This document shows positions 62,191 to 64,000 of a DNA stretch of 64,000 bases, piece by piece; positions within the stretch are counted from its first letter, which is position 1; each line of letters begins with the position of its first letter. The stretch is from Chthoniobacterales bacterium (lineage in GTDB: Bacteria; Verrucomicrobiota; Verrucomicrobiia; Chthoniobacterales; JAFAMB01). The notes below the pieces were generated by a model. That model searched no databases. It had not been told where the DNA came from and worked only from the letters and a program-made list of their open reading frames with translations. A program made the position numbers and the translations under genes. The stretch lies in NCBI GenBank assembly GCA_036401335.1, contig DASWVC010000293.1, positions 419 to 64,418 of the forward strand, in the 5' to 3' direction.

Positions 62191-63129
62191 ATGCCCGAAC
62201 TTTCGGTGGTGATCCCGACGTTCAACCGCGCGAAACTCCTGGCCCGCGCGCTTGCCTCGCTGCCGTCGACGGCGGCCGGAGATCTGGAGATTATCGTCGT
62301 GGATGACGGGTCGAGCGACGGCACTGAAGAGGTGGTGGGCGGCTGGAAGCGGCCGGTGCGTTTCCTGCGTCAGGACCACGCGGGACCTGGCCGCGCCCGA
62401 AACCTGGGTTGGGATCAGGCGACCGCGCCTTACGTCGCATTCCTCGACAGCGACGACGTCTGGCTTCCCTGGACGCTGGCGGTGTACCGGGCGCTGCTGT
62501 GCACGGATCCCCCGCCCAGCATGGTGATTGGAGCGCCGTTCTGGTTCGAGGACGAGGCCGAACTGGCCCGGGCAGCTCGCGGGCCCCTGGCCACCCGCAC
62601 GTTCCCCGACTACCTTGCATCGGCCGGTTGGCCCATCTGGCTGGGCGCCTCCTCCCTGCTGGTCCGGCGAGACATCGGCCCCAGGTTCGAAACTGAACGC
62701 ATGAACGCGGAAGACCTTGACCTGGCCATCCACCTTGGAGGCGAACCGGGCTTCGTGTGGGTCCAGGCTCCGGCAACGTTCGGCTACCGGCGGCACCCGT
62801 CCACCTTGGTCTCGAACCTCCAGGGAACGCTGACCGGCGTGGGCCACCTCATCAGCGAAGAAACGGAAGGCCGGTACCCCGGGGGGCAGGCACGGCGCCG
62901 AGCGCGCTGGCAATTGATCACCCGGGCGGTGCGTCCACCCGCCCTTGCCGCCCTGCGTGCGGGGCGCTGGGCGGAGGGGTTCAGGTTGTATGCCCTGACC
63001 TGGCGTTGGCACGTCGCGTTGGGCCGGTGGCGGTTTTTGCTCGCGTTCCCGGTCCTGGCTGCCTGGGCCCGTTGGAAACGGCCGAAGGCAGGCCAACCGC
63101 TGGCCGCGGACCCGGCGGCAAGAACATGA
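62191..63129 (+). CDS. family 2 glycosyltransferase
   Basis: LSVVIPTFNRAKLLARAL...IIVVDDGSSDGT...FLDSDD. Confidence 0.9.
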   Translation: MPELSVVIPTFNRAKLLARALASLPSTAAGDLEIIVVDDGSSDGTEEVVGGWKRPVRFLRQDHAGPGRARNLGWDQATAPYVAFLDSDDVWLPWTLAVYRALLCTDPPPSMVIGAPFWFEDEAELARAARGPLATRTFPDYLASAGWPIWLGASSLLVRRDIGPRFETERMNAEDLDLAIHLGGEPGFVWVQAPATFGYRRHPSTLVSNLQGTLTGVGHLISEETEGRYPGGQARRRARWQLITRAVRPPALAALRAGRWAEGFRLYALTWRWHVALGRWRFLLAFPVLAAWARWKRPKAGQPLAADPAART

Positions 63130-64000
63130 GCGAAGAAATCGACGACCTCGCGTCGTGGGTCACGGTCGGGATCAGCACGAAGGACCGTTGGCCAGACCTC
63201 GAGGCAACCCTGCGCCGGCTCGTGGCAGCCGGCTTTGGCCGCCTGCTGCTGCAGGTGATTGATGACGGTTCCCGGACGCCTTGCCCGTTTGCACTCGACT
63301 TCTGGCCCGGCCCGTTCAACCTCCAACGTTTCGACAGACCTGCCGGGCTGGTGGTGCGCCGCAACCAACTGGCAAAGAATGCCCGGACCAAGTACCTCCT
63401 GAGCCTCGACGACGATTCCTACCCGGCGGAAGGTTCACTGGCCAGGGCCGTAGCCTTCGCGGAAGGGCAACCGGACCTCCTCTGCCTTGGTTTCACCGTC
63501 TACAACCCTGCCCGGAACGCCTATGAGAGCCCCGCCACGGGGCCCGACCCTTACCCCGTCCGGGCATTCATCGGGTGCGGGCACCTGATGAACCTGCCCC
63601 ATTTCCTGGGTCTGGGCGGCTACCGGGAGGAAATCATCCATCAAGGGGAAGAACCAGAGTTGGCGGCTCGCGGCTGGACCCGGGGCTGGCGCTGCTTCCA
63701 TTTTCCCGGGTTGACCATTCATCACACCGCTTCCAGCCAGGGAAGAAATTGGGCCCGGATGGATTATTACGGCTCTCGCAATGCGTTCTGGTGGAACGCC
63801 TGGTTTGTGCCGGCTCCGCTGCTGCCGTGGCAGCAGGCCCGGACGTTTGCCGGCCGGGTTCTGCTTTTCCTCCGGTTGCGACGGCCGGCTTTGGCGAAGG
63901 GCATTCTGGACGGCTTGCTTCTGGCCAGGCGCTACCGCCGTTTCCGGCATCCGTTTACCGCCGGCCAGTTCCAACTTTGGCGTCGATTGCCACCCCATTA
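63126..64000 (+). CDS. GT-A fold glycosyltransferase, partial (runs off the right window edge)
   Basis: Not in the ORF track (no stop in the window). Manual translation gives MSEEIDDLASWVTVGISTKDRWPDLEATLRRL...LQVIDDGS...LSLDDDSYP..., open through 64000. ATGA overlap with the previous GT at 63126-63129. Confidence 0.7.
   Translation, partial: MSEEIDDLASWVTVGISTKDRWPDLEATLRRLVAAGFGRLLLQVIDDGSRTPCPFALDFWPGPFNLQRFDRPAGLVVRRNQLAKNARTKYLLSLDDDSYPAEGSLARAVAFAEGQPDLLCLGFTVYNPARNAYESPATGPDPYPVRAFIGCGHLMNLPHFLGLGGYREEIIHQGEEPELAARGWTRGWRCFHFPGLTIHHTASSQGRNWARMDYYGSRNAFWWNAWFVPAPLLPWQQARTFAGRVLLFLRLRRPALAKGILDGLLLARRYRRFRHPFTAGQFQLWRRLPPH

Noticed and set aside
1-64000. CRISPR arrays, rRNA genes, prophage or defence-system hallmarks (Cas, restriction-modification, toxin-antitoxin, retron, CBASS-type genes)
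   Set aside because: I noticed no regularly spaced direct repeats and recognised no such protein motifs in any frame of the ORF track. This visual scan cannot exclude short or degenerate elements.

Overview
GC-rich bacterial chromosomal segment. I saw no rRNA, tRNA or CRISPR array by eye. The phylum cannot be fixed from the sequence. The gene content (exosortase/PEP-CTERM, RRM-type RNA-binding protein, TAT-signal glycosidase, 'xanthan-lyase-like' FAD oxidoreductase) is reminiscent of Verrucomicrobia/Planctomycetes/Acidobacteria-type environmental bacteria.

(1) 0.4-9.7 kb, minus strand: a translationally coupled chemosensory operon with the exact Wsp gene order (MCP, CheW, CheR-TPR, CheW, CheA-REC, CheB). 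Its seventh gene is a receiver-histidine kinase-receiver hybrid rather than a GGDEF cyclase.

(2) 10-16 kb: housekeeping and miscellaneous genes (YihY-like membrane protein, RRM protein, methyltransferase, MFS transporter).

(3) 16-64 kb: a very large, mosaic surface-glycan locus containing:
- about 12 glycosyltransferase-like genes (GT2, GT4 and two unusual GT-A-like paralogs);
- three pyruvyl transferases, a WcaF-like acetyltransferase and methyltransferases;
- an ABC exporter whose wzt (24.8 kb) and wzm (52.6 kb) are far apart;
- an exosortase-EpsI fusion with one PEP-CTERM protein and a TPR lipoprotein;
- a NudK-like GDP-sugar pyrophosphatase with a DeoR regulator;
- three paralogs of an uncharacterised secreted protein family that I suspect is a new glycosidase-like fold, one next to a TAT-exported GH79-like enzyme.

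The glycan locus is interrupted by three blocks: a decayed Tn3-family transposon relic with an identifiable 38-bp terminal inverted repeat and several gene fragments (30.05-33.9 kb); a GH4/Gfo-Idh-MocA sugar islet with a truncated LacI gene (35.5-38.6 kb); and an amidase-CE4-SDR-small protein-COG0523 operon (41.0-45.6 kb).

Many long ORFs in the six-frame track are antisense shadow ORFs typical of GC-rich DNA and are rejected. Several true starts lie well inside the track ORFs. All homology statements rest on motif recognition by eye, not on database searches.
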